Positions 34,570 through 44,766 of a stretch of DNA of 51,978 bases are shown piece after piece (positions within the stretch are counted from its first letter, which is position 1; each line of letters starts with the position of its first letter). A model generated the notes under the pieces. The model was not told where the DNA came from. It did no database searches and worked only from the letters and a program-made list of their open reading frames with translations. This DNA comes from Candidatus Aenigmatarchaeota archaeon (GTDB lineage: Archaea > Aenigmatarchaeota > Aenigmatarchaeia > CG10238-14 > SpSt-28), in NCBI GenBank assembly GCA_032249395.1, contig JAVVFY010000004.1, positions 1 to 51,978 of the forward strand, written 5' to 3'. The position numbers and the translations under genes were made by a program.

Positions 34570-37019
34570 AGAATAAAATATCTTTGAGAATAACTGGAAT
34601 GCATTGCAATAGTTGTGCTGTAAGCATAGAAAAAGCTTTGAATAAGTTGCCAAGCGTTAAAGCAAACGTTAATTTCGCATTATAAAAAGCTTTTATTGAG
34701 TTCGATCCAAATAAGGTTGATCTAGAAAAAATAAAAGAAACGATTAGAGATGTTGGCTACGATGTTTTAGAAGAAGAAAAAGAAACAGAGTTTAAAAGTA
34801 TAAGCTTGAAAATAGAAGGAATTTCCTCTAAAAAGCAGATATATTTTATAGAAAGCGAATTAAAGAAAACAAAAGGAATAAAAGATATAAAAATCGATTT
34901 TGAGAGAAAGAGAGTTATTGTAACTTTCGATCAAAAATTGGTTAAAATATATCAAATAATTAAAGTCTTAGAAAATCTAGGTTTTAAAGCCAGAGAAGAA
35001 ACATCTTTGGAAAGAGAAAGAGAAATTAGAGAAGAAGAAATAAACGATTGGAAGAAAAGAGTATTGATTTCCCTAGTTTTCCTTATACCTTTATCTTACT
35101 TAACAATGGGAAGAATGATAGGTTTACCAATGCCATTTTCAGAAAACGATTCATTAATTGCTCTGCTTCAATTCTTACTTTCTATTCCAATAATAATTTC
35201 TGCTTCAAGAATTTACATTTCTGGAATAAGAAGCTTGTTGAAGTTTATCCCAAACATGGACTCTTTAATTTTTATTGGAACTTTTGTAGCTTATGTTTAT
35301 AGCTTAGCAATTTCTTTTGCCATTTGGTTTAATCTAGGAAATTACGGGGCTCACGATTTGTATTATGAAGTAGGATCTTTCATAATCTTCTTCATTTCTT
35401 TAGGAAAATATTTAGAAAGTGTAGCAAAAGGAAAAGCTTCTTTTGCTTTAGAAAAGTTAATAGGGTTACAACCTAAAAAAGCAACTGTAATTAAAAGTGG
35501 TAAAGAAGTTGAAGTCCCTGTTGAAAATGTAGAAGTTGGAAATATAGTTGTTGTTAAGCGTGGAGAAAAAATTCCGGTTGATGGAGTAATAATAGAAGGA
35601 ACTTCCTCAATAGATGAAAAAATGATAACAGGAGAGAGCATGCCAATTACAAAAAAGAATGGAGATAAAGTTATAGGTGGGGCTATAAACAAAACTGGAT
35701 TAATAAAAATTAAAGCTACAGCAGTTGGCAAAGAAACTGTTTTAGCACAAATTATTAAATCGTTGAAGAGGCAATGCTTTCAAAAGCACCAATTCAAAAG
35801 TTGGCTGATAAAGTTTCCCAGTATTTTGTTCCAAGCGTTATTGTAATATCAATTATAACGTTTGTATTTTGGTATTTTATAGCAAAAATGCCTTTAACTT
35901 TTGCTCTAACCACATTAATAGCGGTTCTAATAATTGCTTGTCCTTGTGCTCTTGGATTGGCGACACCAACAGCAATAATGGTTGGTAGCGGATTAGCTGC
36001 AAAAAAATGGAATTCTAATAAAAAGTTCAGAAGCTCTTGAGAAGATTCACAAGGTTGATACAGTCATTTTTGATAAAACCGGAACTTTAACAAAAGAGGA
36101 GCCAAGCGTTGTTGATGTTATTCCTGCTAAATCTTATGATAAAAAAGAAGTCATCAGAACCGCTGCAATAGCTGAAGTTGGAAGCAGGCACCCAATTGGA
36201 GAAGCAATAGTTAACTATGCTAAAAAATTGAAAATAAAAATTCCAAAAGCATCGAAATATGAAACAGTAGCTGGAAAAGGGGGGGGGTAAAAGCAAAATA
36301 TCTTGATGATTGGATCTTTGTTGGTAGTAGAAGATTCATGAAAGAGAATGGTATATATAGGAAATTTTGAGAAGAAGATGGAAGAATTGGAAGAAGATGG
36401 AAAAACTTGTGTTATAGTTGCATGGAAGAAAAAAGCAATAGGAATTATAGCAGTAGCTGACACTTTAAAAAATTTTCCAAGGAGACAGTAGAAATTTTGC
36501 ATAAAATGAAAATAAAAGTTGGAATTATTACTGGTGATAACGAAAAAGTTGCCAAGGCTATAGCAAGGTAGCTAAACATAGATTATGTGCTTGCGGAAGT
36601 CTTGCCTGCTGATAAAGCCAATGAGATTAAAAAACTTCAGAAAGAAGGAAGGATAGTTGCAGCTGTTGGTGATGGAATAAATGATGCTCCAATGCTAGCT
36701 CAAGCTGATGTAGGAATTGCAATTGGTTTTGGAACTGATATACCGATGGAAACCGGAGACATAATTTTGATTAAAGATGATTTAAGACGATGTAGTTAAA
36801 GCTATAGATATAAGTAGATATACTATCAAAAAAATAAAACAAAATCTTTTTTGGGCGTTCTTTTATAATGTTGCAGCAATACCAATAGCTGCAGGCATAT
36901 TATACCCATTTTTTGGAATATTGTTGAACCCCATGATAGCAGCAGCTGCGATGGCTTTTAGTTCGGTAAGTGTGGTTACAAATTCATTGCTCATGAGAAG
37001 ATATAAACCTAAAATATAG
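34566..37019 (+). pseudogene. copA: Copper-translocating P1B-type ATPase (CopA), heavily degraded: 2 in-frame stops and about 5 frameshifts
   Basis: Motifs spread over several frames: [57 protein letters not shown] and [21 protein letters not shown]. Lesions: TAA 34683-34685; frameshift about 35757-35761; A7 run 36001-36007; G9 run 36279-36287; about 36467-36476; TAG 36569-36571; extra C near 36788. Confidence 0.9.
36279..36287. repeat. G9 homopolymer inside the copA remnant
   Basis: Read directly (aaaa ggggggggg taaa). It coincides with one of the copA frameshifts and is unusual in this AT-rich sequence. Confidence 0.9.
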
Positions 37020-37027
37020 GTAGAAAA

Positions 37028-37630
37028 ATGGGAAGGAGACATATTGAGATATTAAAAGAAAATTTGAAAGTCTTTAATAAAGTTGCTGAACTTTACGATT
37101 TGACTAACTTTTGGTTTGAGGCTATTTTACTTAGGTTAATAAAAGAGGTTAAAATAAAAAACAACTCAACAATCTTGGATGCAGGTTGTGGTACTGGAAC
37201 CTTCTTGAATATTCTCTCAAAAAACAAAACTTTAAAGTTATATGGAATTGATGTTTCTCCAAAAATGCTAGAAATTGCGAAGAAAAAACTAAAAGATAGA
37301 GCAAAATTAAGTTTAACTCCAGTAGAAAAAATTCGCTACAGGAATAAATTCGACTATGTATTTTCAATAATATCTATGCATCACTATTATGACCAGGAGA
37401 AGGCAATAAAGAATTTTTATAAGAGTTTGAAGAGTAATGGAAAAGTAGTAATATTGGATGTCGATCTGGGAAAGAATTTAAACAGAATTCTTAATATAAT
37501 ACATCGAGCTATTGTTAAAATAAATTCAAAAAGGGAAATTTATGATCTACTTAAAAAATATAAATTCAAAAACATTCAGCAAAAAAGAATATTCGTATTT
37601 TTCCTATTGAGCATTGGAAATAAATCATGA
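37028..37630 (+). CDS. Class I SAM-dependent methyltransferase
   Basis: Motif I ILDAGCGTGTF and motif post-II FDYVFSI. Confidence 0.7.
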   Translation: MGRRHIEILKENLKVFNKVAELYDLTNFWFEAILLRLIKEVKIKNNSTILDAGCGTGTFLNILSKNKTLKLYGIDVSPKMLEIAKKKLKDRAKLSLTPVEKIRYRNKFDYVFSIISMHHYYDQEKAIKNFYKSLKSNGKVVILDVDLGKNLNRILNIIHRAIVKINSKREIYDLLKKYKFKNIQQKRIFVFFLLSIGNKS

Positions 37631-37853
37631 TTAAAATTTAGATAGTGTAAGTACAAAAACTAAGAATAGTAGAAAAAAGTTTTATAAAAATAAAGAGTAT
37701 TATGACAATAAAATCTCCTTGAAAAATCTTTTAAATATAACATGTTATATTTTTATTAATGAAACCGGACTGTTGAATAGAGAATCAATATTGAAATATT
37801 TAATATACTTATTCGAATGACTAGACAATTTTACACTAGAAAATTACAATCAA

Positions 37854-39152
37854 TTGTGTAAAATTAATTGGAGTGATAGAACATGGTTTACACCAATTCC
37901 TAGAAATTTCGAAGAAAATATACAACCTTTGAGAATTGATGAGTACAAAAGGCTAATTAATGAATTAGAAATAGGAAACACAGGAATTTACGAGCTTCCG
38001 GAAGAGATAAATCCGTATTCTAAATATGGAATTAGAATATACGTTAAGGAGGAGTACACAAATCCTGGTCAAAGCGGTAAAGGTAGGCCAGCTTCTTTCA
38101 TGCTATGGGCTTATAAGCGTTTAGGATTTTTGAACAAAACAAATAAAATAACGACAGCCGGTGCTGGAAACTTTGCAAAAAGTGTAGCAATATATTCAAA
38201 AAAATTAGCACCATGGATAAAAGTATATGCATATGTTGGTAATTTAGCAGTTAGAAGAAATCCGGAGATTTTCGATGAACTTAAAAGACTTGGTGTAGAA
38301 GTTGTAGAAGTAGAAGATGGTCAATGTCCTCATGTTCCGATAATAGGCGGAAATGCAGGAACTTATAGAGGCGTGGCTATTACCCAGGCTTTCTTGCAAG
38401 AAGGCTTTCTTCCAGAACACTTATATGAATTTAAAAAATATGAAGTAGACATTTTTGATATTTTCTCTCGCAGAAAGACTATATTTCTAGACCAACATTC
38501 ATATTGGAAGCCATTCGATGGAATTTTAAGCGCAGGTAGCTACTATCACACACTTGGGGGAGAGCTAGTAGATTTCATCGGAAGTCTAACAAAAGGTGAA
38601 AATACCAGTATTTATTTTGTCCATGGTTTGGAAACAAGAAGTAGCCTCCTAGGAACATCCGTAAGATTACTTAGAGAATTAAAGAACGTTAAAGTAGTTG
38701 CTCAAATTCCAAAAGCCCTAAATGGATCGAATAGTCTTAGGATTTCTCGCAGCAGTCCAACTCCAACATTTCAGTTCGGCTTAAGAAGATTTAGTGAGTT
38801 GGGGGAAGGTCATATACTCTCGCATGCTCATCATCTTGCAAATGAATTATACGAAATTTCGGATGAAGATGCCGCAAGAATGTTTGTAAAATTAATAGAA
38901 TATGGAATCCAAGCTGCCCAAGTTTTGCTGGCAATGTTGTCGCAAGTCTTAATTTAGCAAAAACGCTCCATGAGAAAGGAAAAGAAGCAATCATAATTAC
39001 AATAGCTTTTGATACTCCTGAACACTACAGAACATTTTTAGAAATTAATTTGCCTGAACTAATTGGAGAGCCCTTCAGCAGATATGAAAGAGTTTTCGAG
39101 GATGTTGTTGATTTGAGTAGAAAAAGAAAGAAAGGAGATTTATATGTATTAT
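37854..39152 (+). pseudogene. Fold-type II PLP-dependent enzyme (cysteine synthase / O-phosphoserine sulfhydrylase-like), C-terminal frameshift
   Basis: KEEYTNPGQSGKGRPASFML (PLP-lysine region), TTAGAGNFAKSVA, and after a frame change near 38913-38917 PSFAGNVVASLNLAKTLHEKGKEAIIITIAFDTPEHY (the G-rich phosphate loop and C-terminus typical of CysK). The only in-frame start candidate in the current frame is TTG, so the 5' end is uncertain. Confidence 0.6.
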
Positions 39153-39563
39153 AAAGTTGAAATTGTTGAAATAAACAAGCTTAAAGAGCATGAAGAGATA
39201 GATGCTAATCACCTTAAGAAACTCATTAAAGAAATAAAAAGTGATAAAATCTTGAAAAGACCAATTGTTGTTGATAAAAATACGAATATTATTTTAGACG
39301 GAGCTCATAGATTTAACGCACTAAAAGCTCTCGGATGCAAAAAAATCCCTGCAGTTCTTGTTAATTATCGATCCCCAAAAATAAAAGTTCTGTCATGGAG
39401 AAAAGGAGAAAAAATTGATAAAAAAGATGTTATCATTGCTGGAGTAACAGGAAATAAAATGCCACCAAAAACTTCTAAACATATGATTTTAATAAATGGT
39501 AGGTTAAAACATATTTCCTTTATAGAAAAGACAATAAACTTTCCAATAGAAAAATTAAAATAG
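39144..39563 (+). CDS. ParB/Srx-fold (ParB N-terminal-like) domain protein
   Basis: INKLKEHEEID...RPIVVDKNTNIILDGAHRFNALKALGCKKIPAVLV, the ParB/sulfiredoxin-type DGxHR motif. The start overlaps the end of the PLP-enzyme reading frame. Confidence 0.6.
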   Translation: MYYKVEIVEINKLKEHEEIDANHLKKLIKEIKSDKILKRPIVVDKNTNIILDGAHRFNALKALGCKKIPAVLVNYRSPKIKVLSWRKGEKIDKKDVIIAGVTGNKMPPKTSKHMILINGRLKHISFIEKTINFPIEKLK

Positions 39564-39730
39564 AATTTTTCAGTGATCTAACAAAAATAATTGAGATAAT
39601 AAATCATTAAATCTATCAACTTTTATTCTTTTGACTTTCCTAAAATTTTTAAAACACTTATCACAATAATAAAGGGTCTAACTTTAATAAACTCTTCCTC
39701 CACTTGATCTATTCCTTTAATATTAAAGGA

Positions 39731-40341
39731 CTATTCACTTTTAATTCTATAAATTTTTATTTTTGAAAAAATCAACGACAAAAACTTAGATGTATAAAAC
39801 TCTAACCAATCTATTAAGCTTCCAAATATTTTAATTTTATCCATGACGCATTCTGAAGTAATTTTAAAGTCTTCCTGAATTTTTTGCGGTTTTATTGTTA
39901 TATAATGGTCTTGTAGCCCGTATAAATGCCCTATCTCATGCAAAATCCTATTCGCTAAGCTATCATAAAGAACATTATGTTCTTTATCTTTTAGGTATAA
40001 TGTAGAAACTATACTAATTCCATAGGATGGAAGTGAAACTCCTTTAATTTTCATTGGAGGAATAGTTGCTGTATATATTTCACTATCAGTAATTACCAAA
40101 AAATTTCTTCATTAAAATTTTTCAAATACTCATCTAGTAGCTCGTTAAGAAAAATATAAGGAGGCTTGTTATGATTCCTCCTATTAACAACTCTTTTTAG
40201 TTTTCTAATTTTATCCTCTTCATTATAATTATAAAATTCTATACTTATTCCTTGTGCTTTCAATATTTTTCTAACTAGTTCTATAGATGAAGATAAGTCC
40301 ATTTTTTCTTCCAACAGTAAAACAACATTAATCCTATCCAT
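39731..40341 (-). pseudogene. Archaemetzincin-like zinc metalloprotease, frameshifted at an A6/T6 run and lacking the terminal CxxC
   Basis: ILHEIGHLYGLQDH (HExxHxxGxxH-like) followed by SECVMDKI (the CVM motif of archaemetzincins). The N-terminal piece 40093-40341 joins 39731-40099 if one base is added at the run 40098-40103. Confidence 0.55.
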
Positions 40342-40396
40342 GTTAATCCTTGGATAAAAATTATTAATATTCGCAATTTTACATCTTTTATTGGTA

Positions 40397-40468
40397 GGGT
40401 CCGTCGTCTAGTGGCTAGGACGCCACCCTGACGCGGTGGAGGTCCCGGTTCGATTCCGGGCGGACCCA
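40397..40468 (+). tRNA. tRNA-Val (anticodon GAC)
   Basis: GGGTCCG TC GTCT AGTGGCTA GGAC G CCACC CTGACGC GGTGG AGGT CCCGG TTCGATT CCGGG CGGACCC A. Confidence 0.85.
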
Positions 40469-40497
40469 AAAATTTAATATTTGTTACAATTTTTCTT

Positions 40498-41091
40498 ATG
40501 GAAGATATCGAGAAAGAATTGGAAAAATTATCTTTGCAAATAAAAAGTTGCGATAAATGTCCTTTATATAAAAACAGAAAAAATGCCGTTCCGGGGGAAG
40601 GGAATTGGAAAAACAGAATAATGATAATAGGAGAAGCTCCTGGCTTTAATGAAGATGAACAAGGAAGACCTTTTGTTGGAAGAGCCGGAAAATTGTTAGA
40701 AGAGTTTTTAAGTTCTATTGGAAAGAGGAGAGAAGATCTTTTCATAACTAATGTTGTCAAATGCAGACCTCCTAATAATAGACAGCCTGACGAAGATGAA
40801 ATAAAGATTTGCACGTGTTTATATTTAGATAAGCAAATAGAATTGATTAAACCCAAATTGATAATTTGTCTTGGAAATGTCTCTGCAAATTACATTTTCA
40901 AAAAATTTGGATTGAAATTTGAAAGTATGAATAAACAACACGGAAAAGTTTCTTCGGTATCTAATCTTTTCATCCAAACAAAAATTATAGCAACTTATCA
41001 TCCTGCAGCAATCTTAAGAAATCAAAATTTAATGCCTATAGCAAAAGCTGACTGGGAAATTATAAAAGAAGTAATCGATAGCTTGTCCTAA
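40498..41091 (+). CDS. udg: Family 4 uracil-DNA glycosylase
   Basis: CDKCPLYKNRKNAVPGEG, IMIIGEAPGFNEDEQGRPFVGRAGKLL, FITNVVKCRPPNNRQP, ATYHPAAILRN. Confidence 0.85.
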   Translation: MEDIEKELEKLSLQIKSCDKCPLYKNRKNAVPGEGNWKNRIMIIGEAPGFNEDEQGRPFVGRAGKLLEEFLSSIGKRREDLFITNVVKCRPPNNRQPDEDEIKICTCLYLDKQIELIKPKLIICLGNVSANYIFKKFGLKFESMNKQHGKVSSVSNLFIQTKIIATYHPAAILRNQNLMPIAKADWEIIKEVIDSLS

Positions 41092-41214
41092 GATTGATTA
41101 GATATGGATATGACTTTGTCTGAGATATTTCTAAGTTTGAAATTTCAAAAGTTTGAAATAAAAGGTTGTTCTAAGTCTATTATTTTCAAAAACTTCCATA
41201 ATAAAAATTAAAGG

Positions 41215-42540
41215 TTATGGGTATAGCCAACCTTCTCTCAACCTTGGGAAAGGCAAAGTATCTCTTATGTGTTCTAGCTTGCAAACCCACATTAACAATC
41301 TTTCTGTTCCTAAACCCATTCCACTATGTGGAACTGAACCAAATCTTCTCAAATCTAGATACCATTCATAAGCAGAAATTTCTTTATCTCCAATTTTAAC
41401 TTTAAGTTTATCCAAATTCCACTCTTTAATTTTCTTCTCTAAAACATCAAACCTCCATTCTCTTTCTGAACCACCAACAATTTCACCATAACCTTCTGGT
41501 GCTAACAAGTCAAAATTCTTTACAACATTTTCATCTTTATCGAACATGTAAAATGCTTTTAACTTTCTCGGATATTCTATAACAAAAATTGGAGTTTCAA
41601 ACTGTAAAGTTAAAACTCTTTCCTCATCAGCACCCAAGTCGCTTCCATACTCAACGTTTAATCCCTTCGACTTTAAAATATCAATTGCTTGTTTGTAAGT
41701 TATAACCTTCCATGGTTTTTCAACCATCGCCTTTAATTCTTCAACATTTCTGCCAGTTTTTTCTTTTATTATCTGAAATTCTTCTTTTCTCTCTTCAATA
41801 GTTTTTCCAATAGCATACTTTAAAGATTCTTCAACTGCTTTCATCAAATCTTCCATTGTATACCAAGCGGCTTCAATTTCAAAATGCCAATATTCGTGTA
41901 AATGTCTTCTTGTTCTAGATTTCTCTGCCCTAAAGCTTGGAGTCAAAGCAAAAACTTTTCCTAAAGAAAAAATCAAAGCCTCTAGATATAGCTGAGCAGA
42001 TTGAGATAAATACGCTTTTTGATCAAAATACTTCACTTCAAATAAAGTTGTTGTTTCTTCGCACGCATTTCCAACTAAAATAGGTGGGAATACCTCAAAC
42101 CATCCATCTTTTACATACCACTCTCTCAAATTCTTTAGCAAAGAGTGCTTAATTTTTTGAGCCGCTGAAAACCATCTTGACCTTATCCACAAATGCCTAT
42201 ATTTTTGGATTGTATCTGGCTCTTCTCTACCTCTCAAAGGAAATGGTTTTCCATAATCAAAAACTTCAATTTCCCTAGCCTCAACCTCATAGCCACCAGG
42301 AGCTCTTTTATCTTCATGAACTATTCCTTTTACAGCTAGAGATCCTTCTATTTGAATTGGTTGTATTTTCTCAACAAGCTTATGATCTTTAATAACGACT
42401 TGAACTATGCCATTAGCATCTCTTACAACAAGGAAAATCTTATCTCCAATTATTCTTCTTCTATAAACCCATCCTCTAAAATAAACTTCTTTTTCGACAT
42501 TTTCCTTTGAGAAGATATCCCTTATCTCTATTGGCTTCAT
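41215..42540 (-). CDS. asnS: Asparaginyl-tRNA synthetase
   Basis: HEDKRAPGGYEVEA, YLSQSAQLYLEA, PSFRAEKSRTRRHLHEYWHFEIEAAW and GMGLGTERLLMW. Very close in pattern to archaeal AsnRS rather than AspRS. Confidence 0.85.
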   Translation of the reverse strand: MKPIEIRDIFSKENVEKEVYFRGWVYRRRIIGDKIFLVVRDANGIVQVVIKDHKLVEKIQPIQIEGSLAVKGIVHEDKRAPGGYEVEAREIEVFDYGKPFPLRGREEPDTIQKYRHLWIRSRWFSAAQKIKHSLLKNLREWYVKDGWFEVFPPILVGNACEETTTLFEVKYFDQKAYLSQSAQLYLEALIFSLGKVFALTPSFRAEKSRTRRHLHEYWHFEIEAAWYTMEDLMKAVEESLKYAIGKTIEERKEEFQIIKEKTGRNVEELKAMVEKPWKVITYKQAIDILKSKGLNVEYGSDLGADEERVLTLQFETPIFVIEYPRKLKAFYMFDKDENVVKNFDLLAPEGYGEIVGGSEREWRFDVLEKKIKEWNLDKLKVKIGDKEISAYEWYLDLRRFGSVPHSGMGLGTERLLMWVCKLEHIRDTLPFPRLREGWLYP

Positions 42541-42672
42541 AGAACACTCACCCCTATGAAAATCATAAAAGAAAAAGTTTTAGTTATTTTGTTGACCACT
42601 TGCCATTAAATTTTATGATATTTTGGATTTAAATGCTTTTTCACACTTAAATAACTGATACAAAATCTTTAT

Positions 42673-43011
42673 ATGAATTGGAAAATTGTAGCTATAGCAG
42701 TAGTCATTTTGATCGTTTTATCTCTGCCAATAATTTTAAATCTAAAATCTCAAAAGAATAAAAAAGATATAGCAATACAAAAATGCATAGAAGCTTGCAG
42801 AAGCGCGACTATTTCAGGAATTGATTTATCAAATGGTCCTTGTTTGCTAAATCCAATACCAGATTTGAAAGATTGGGTCTGTGACGTTGCTCACAATCCT
42901 AGACAACAAATTGATAATTTACCTGAAAATCAATGCTCTTCTTTTAGAGAAGGAAAAGCATCTCATTTTGTTGAAGTAGACCCATCTTGTAATTTTATTA
43001 GAGCTTATTAG
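42673..43011 (+). CDS. Hypothetical membrane-anchored Cys-containing protein (112 aa)
   Basis: N-terminal TM helix, 7 Cys, and the motif GPCLLNP...WVCDVAHNPRQQIDNLPENQC. Confidence 0.45.
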   Translation: MNWKIVAIAVVILIVLSLPIILNLKSQKNKKDIAIQKCIEACRSATISGIDLSNGPCLLNPIPDLKDWVCDVAHNPRQQIDNLPENQCSSFREGKASHFVEVDPSCNFIRAY

Positions 43012-43340
43012 CCGTAACTTCTCCAAGTATATCCGCATTTCTTACATCTATAGAAAGTTGTTGGGGGTTCATCTGAACTTCTAGTCTGTTGAACCCACCA
43101 ATGAGCTTCTTCGTTTCCGCATTTAGGACACATTACTTTAGCTACAGGAAATTGTTCTAATTCTTCGCCTTTTCCAAAGACAACTACTTTTTTTGTTCTC
43201 TCATTTGAGGATGCCTCTTTTAGAATCATCTTCTCTCTTTTAGCTTCCTCTTTATAATTACAATTAGGGCAAACGAAGTACTTTTTCCCTTTTATTTCTT
43301 CTATTTTCATCAAACTCTCACACTTTTTACAAAACTTCAT
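43008..43340 (-). CDS. tfs: Transcription factor S (TFS / RpoM-like)
   Basis: N-terminal Zn ribbon FCKKCESLM...CPNCNY and the C-terminal TFIIS-type ribbon CPKCGNEEAHWWVQQTRSSDEPPTTFYRCKKCGYTW. Confidence 0.9.
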   Translation of the reverse strand: MKFCKKCESLMKIEEIKGKKYFVCPNCNYKEEAKREKMILKEASSNERTKKVVVFGKGEELEQFPVAKVMCPKCGNEEAHWWVQQTRSSDEPPTTFYRCKKCGYTWRSYG

Positions 43341-43936
43341 ATCCCAATCAACCTCACGAAAAGAACCTTTATTAAACCTATATATGGAAATATAAATATA
43401 ACTTTTCCGTGAATTTCATCTTTTTTTATGCTATATTCGTAAGGAAGTTGCGCAAGATTATGGTCACCTTTAGTTTGATAGGTTCCATCATCATTTAAAG
43501 CAACTACTCTATGAATGATAGGATAGGAAGATTCTTTAGTAGAATAGACAATTATATCCCCTATTTCATATTTTTCGCTTCCTTTAATTAGAGCTACATC
43601 TCCCACATTTAAACCATTTTTGAATGGGAATTTCATAAATTCTTCTTTTGTTATTCCAAGATTTTTAAAACTTTTTTCACAATACTTCCAATAATCTTCG
43701 AAAGTGTTTTTAAAGTCAGTTACTAATTCTCCACATAAAATACCATTTACTGGTTTGTGAGTCATAGAATTGCTGACAACAACAACTAAAGGTAAATCGG
43801 TTTTTAATAATATACCGAGAACAAAGTTTGTAGCGTATGCTAAAATTATTCCTAACAAAGCATAAGTTATCCATCCTATCCACCCTTCTGTAGCTTTTCT
43901 CCAGTATTTACTAATTATTTTAAGCATGGCCTTCAC
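43337..43936 (-). CDS. Signal peptidase I (archaeal Sec11/S26 type)
   Basis: TM helix, then VVVSNSMTHKP, GDIIVYS, IIHRVV and TKGDHN. Confidence 0.75.
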   Translation of the reverse strand: MKAMLKIISKYWRKATEGWIGWITYALLGIILAYATNFVLGILLKTDLPLVVVVSNSMTHKPVNGILCGELVTDFKNTFEDYWKYCEKSFKNLGITKEEFMKFPFKNGLNVGDVALIKGSEKYEIGDIIVYSTKESSYPIIHRVVALNDDGTYQTKGDHNLAQLPYEYSIKKDEIHGKVIFIFPYIGLIKVLFVRLIGI

Positions 43937-44498
43937 TCTCTCCTTTGACTATTCCTGAAGCTATTAAATGTGCGACTCTCAAAGGCTCTGGAATCTGAGC
44001 ATGTTTAGTAGAAAGTATTATAATCTCTTCAGCTTCTTCATCTTCCAAACCTATGTTTTGGTAATAAATAGAAAATTTTTCAAGCTTAAGTTGTTTAATT
44101 TTCCCGGCGTTAAGTATCATTTTCCATCTTTTTTCAAAATCTAAAAAGTTTTTCTCCAAAGCCTTTTTTATACTTTTTAAATCTGGCATCCTTCTATTTA
44201 TAACTATTATCGGAATTTTAGTTTCATTGTAAAGCTCTTTTAAATCTACTATATTAAAACCACCAAGCGTTATCCCATCCAACATTATAACTTTAAGTTG
44301 GTTTTTATGCCTACTTGAATTAATCATTTTTGAAAGTTTTTCAGTAGCATCCAAGCCGTCTACAACAACATAAGTTCTTAACACACCGTCCAAAAAATTA
44401 CCTCCTCTAAAAATAACACCAACTACAATAACCTCTTTATCATTATTTGTAAAAGGACCATCGTCTATTCCAAGAATTCTTATCTCTTCTTTGACCAT
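43920..44498 (-). CDS. DUF99/UPF0215 family protein (endonuclease dU-like)
   Basis: ILGIDDGPF...VVGVIFRGGNFLDGVL...VVVDGLDATEKL...PEPLRVAHLIASGI. Confidence 0.65.
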   Translation of the reverse strand: MVKEEIRILGIDDGPFTNNDKEVIVVGVIFRGGNFLDGVLRTYVVVDGLDATEKLSKMINSSRHKNQLKVIMLDGITLGGFNIVDLKELYNETKIPIIVINRRMPDLKSIKKALEKNFLDFEKRWKMILNAGKIKQLKLEKFSIYYQNIGLEDEEAEEIIILSTKHAQIPEPLRVAHLIASGIVKGESEGHA

Positions 44499-44766
44499 AA
44501 TTAGGAAAATTTTGCTATTTGATATTTAAATGTTTAAAAGTTGACAATAAGAATTAGTGTAAGAATTACCGTCTAGCCACAATTCATGGCTATTTACAGG
44601 AATGTCTATACCGCTATACATAAACTCCTCATTGGTACCAACTAACTATAATAATTTTCTTATCACATACTTAAAATTACTAAAAGTTATATTTGGCTAT
44701 TCTTGAGAAAATTTCTTGTTAAATGTGCTCATGTAGAGTGTCTTCTTTGTCTCCCAGAAAGTTTTA

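Noticed and set aside
35048-36502. ORFs 35048-35302 (+), 35363-35731 (-), 36087-36296 (-) and 36215-36502 (-) inside the copA region
   Set aside because: They are alternative-frame or antisense shadows of the CopA remnant. The P-type ATPase motifs account for the coding signal.
7657-36571. Hypothesis that the in-frame stops reflect stop-codon reassignment or programmed readthrough
   Set aside because: All three stop codons occur in-frame (TAA x3, TAG x2, TGA x1). The same three codons terminate well-delimited conserved genes (for example eif6, ftsZ, asnS). The affected genes also carry frameshifts. No SECIS- or PYLIS-like context was noticed.
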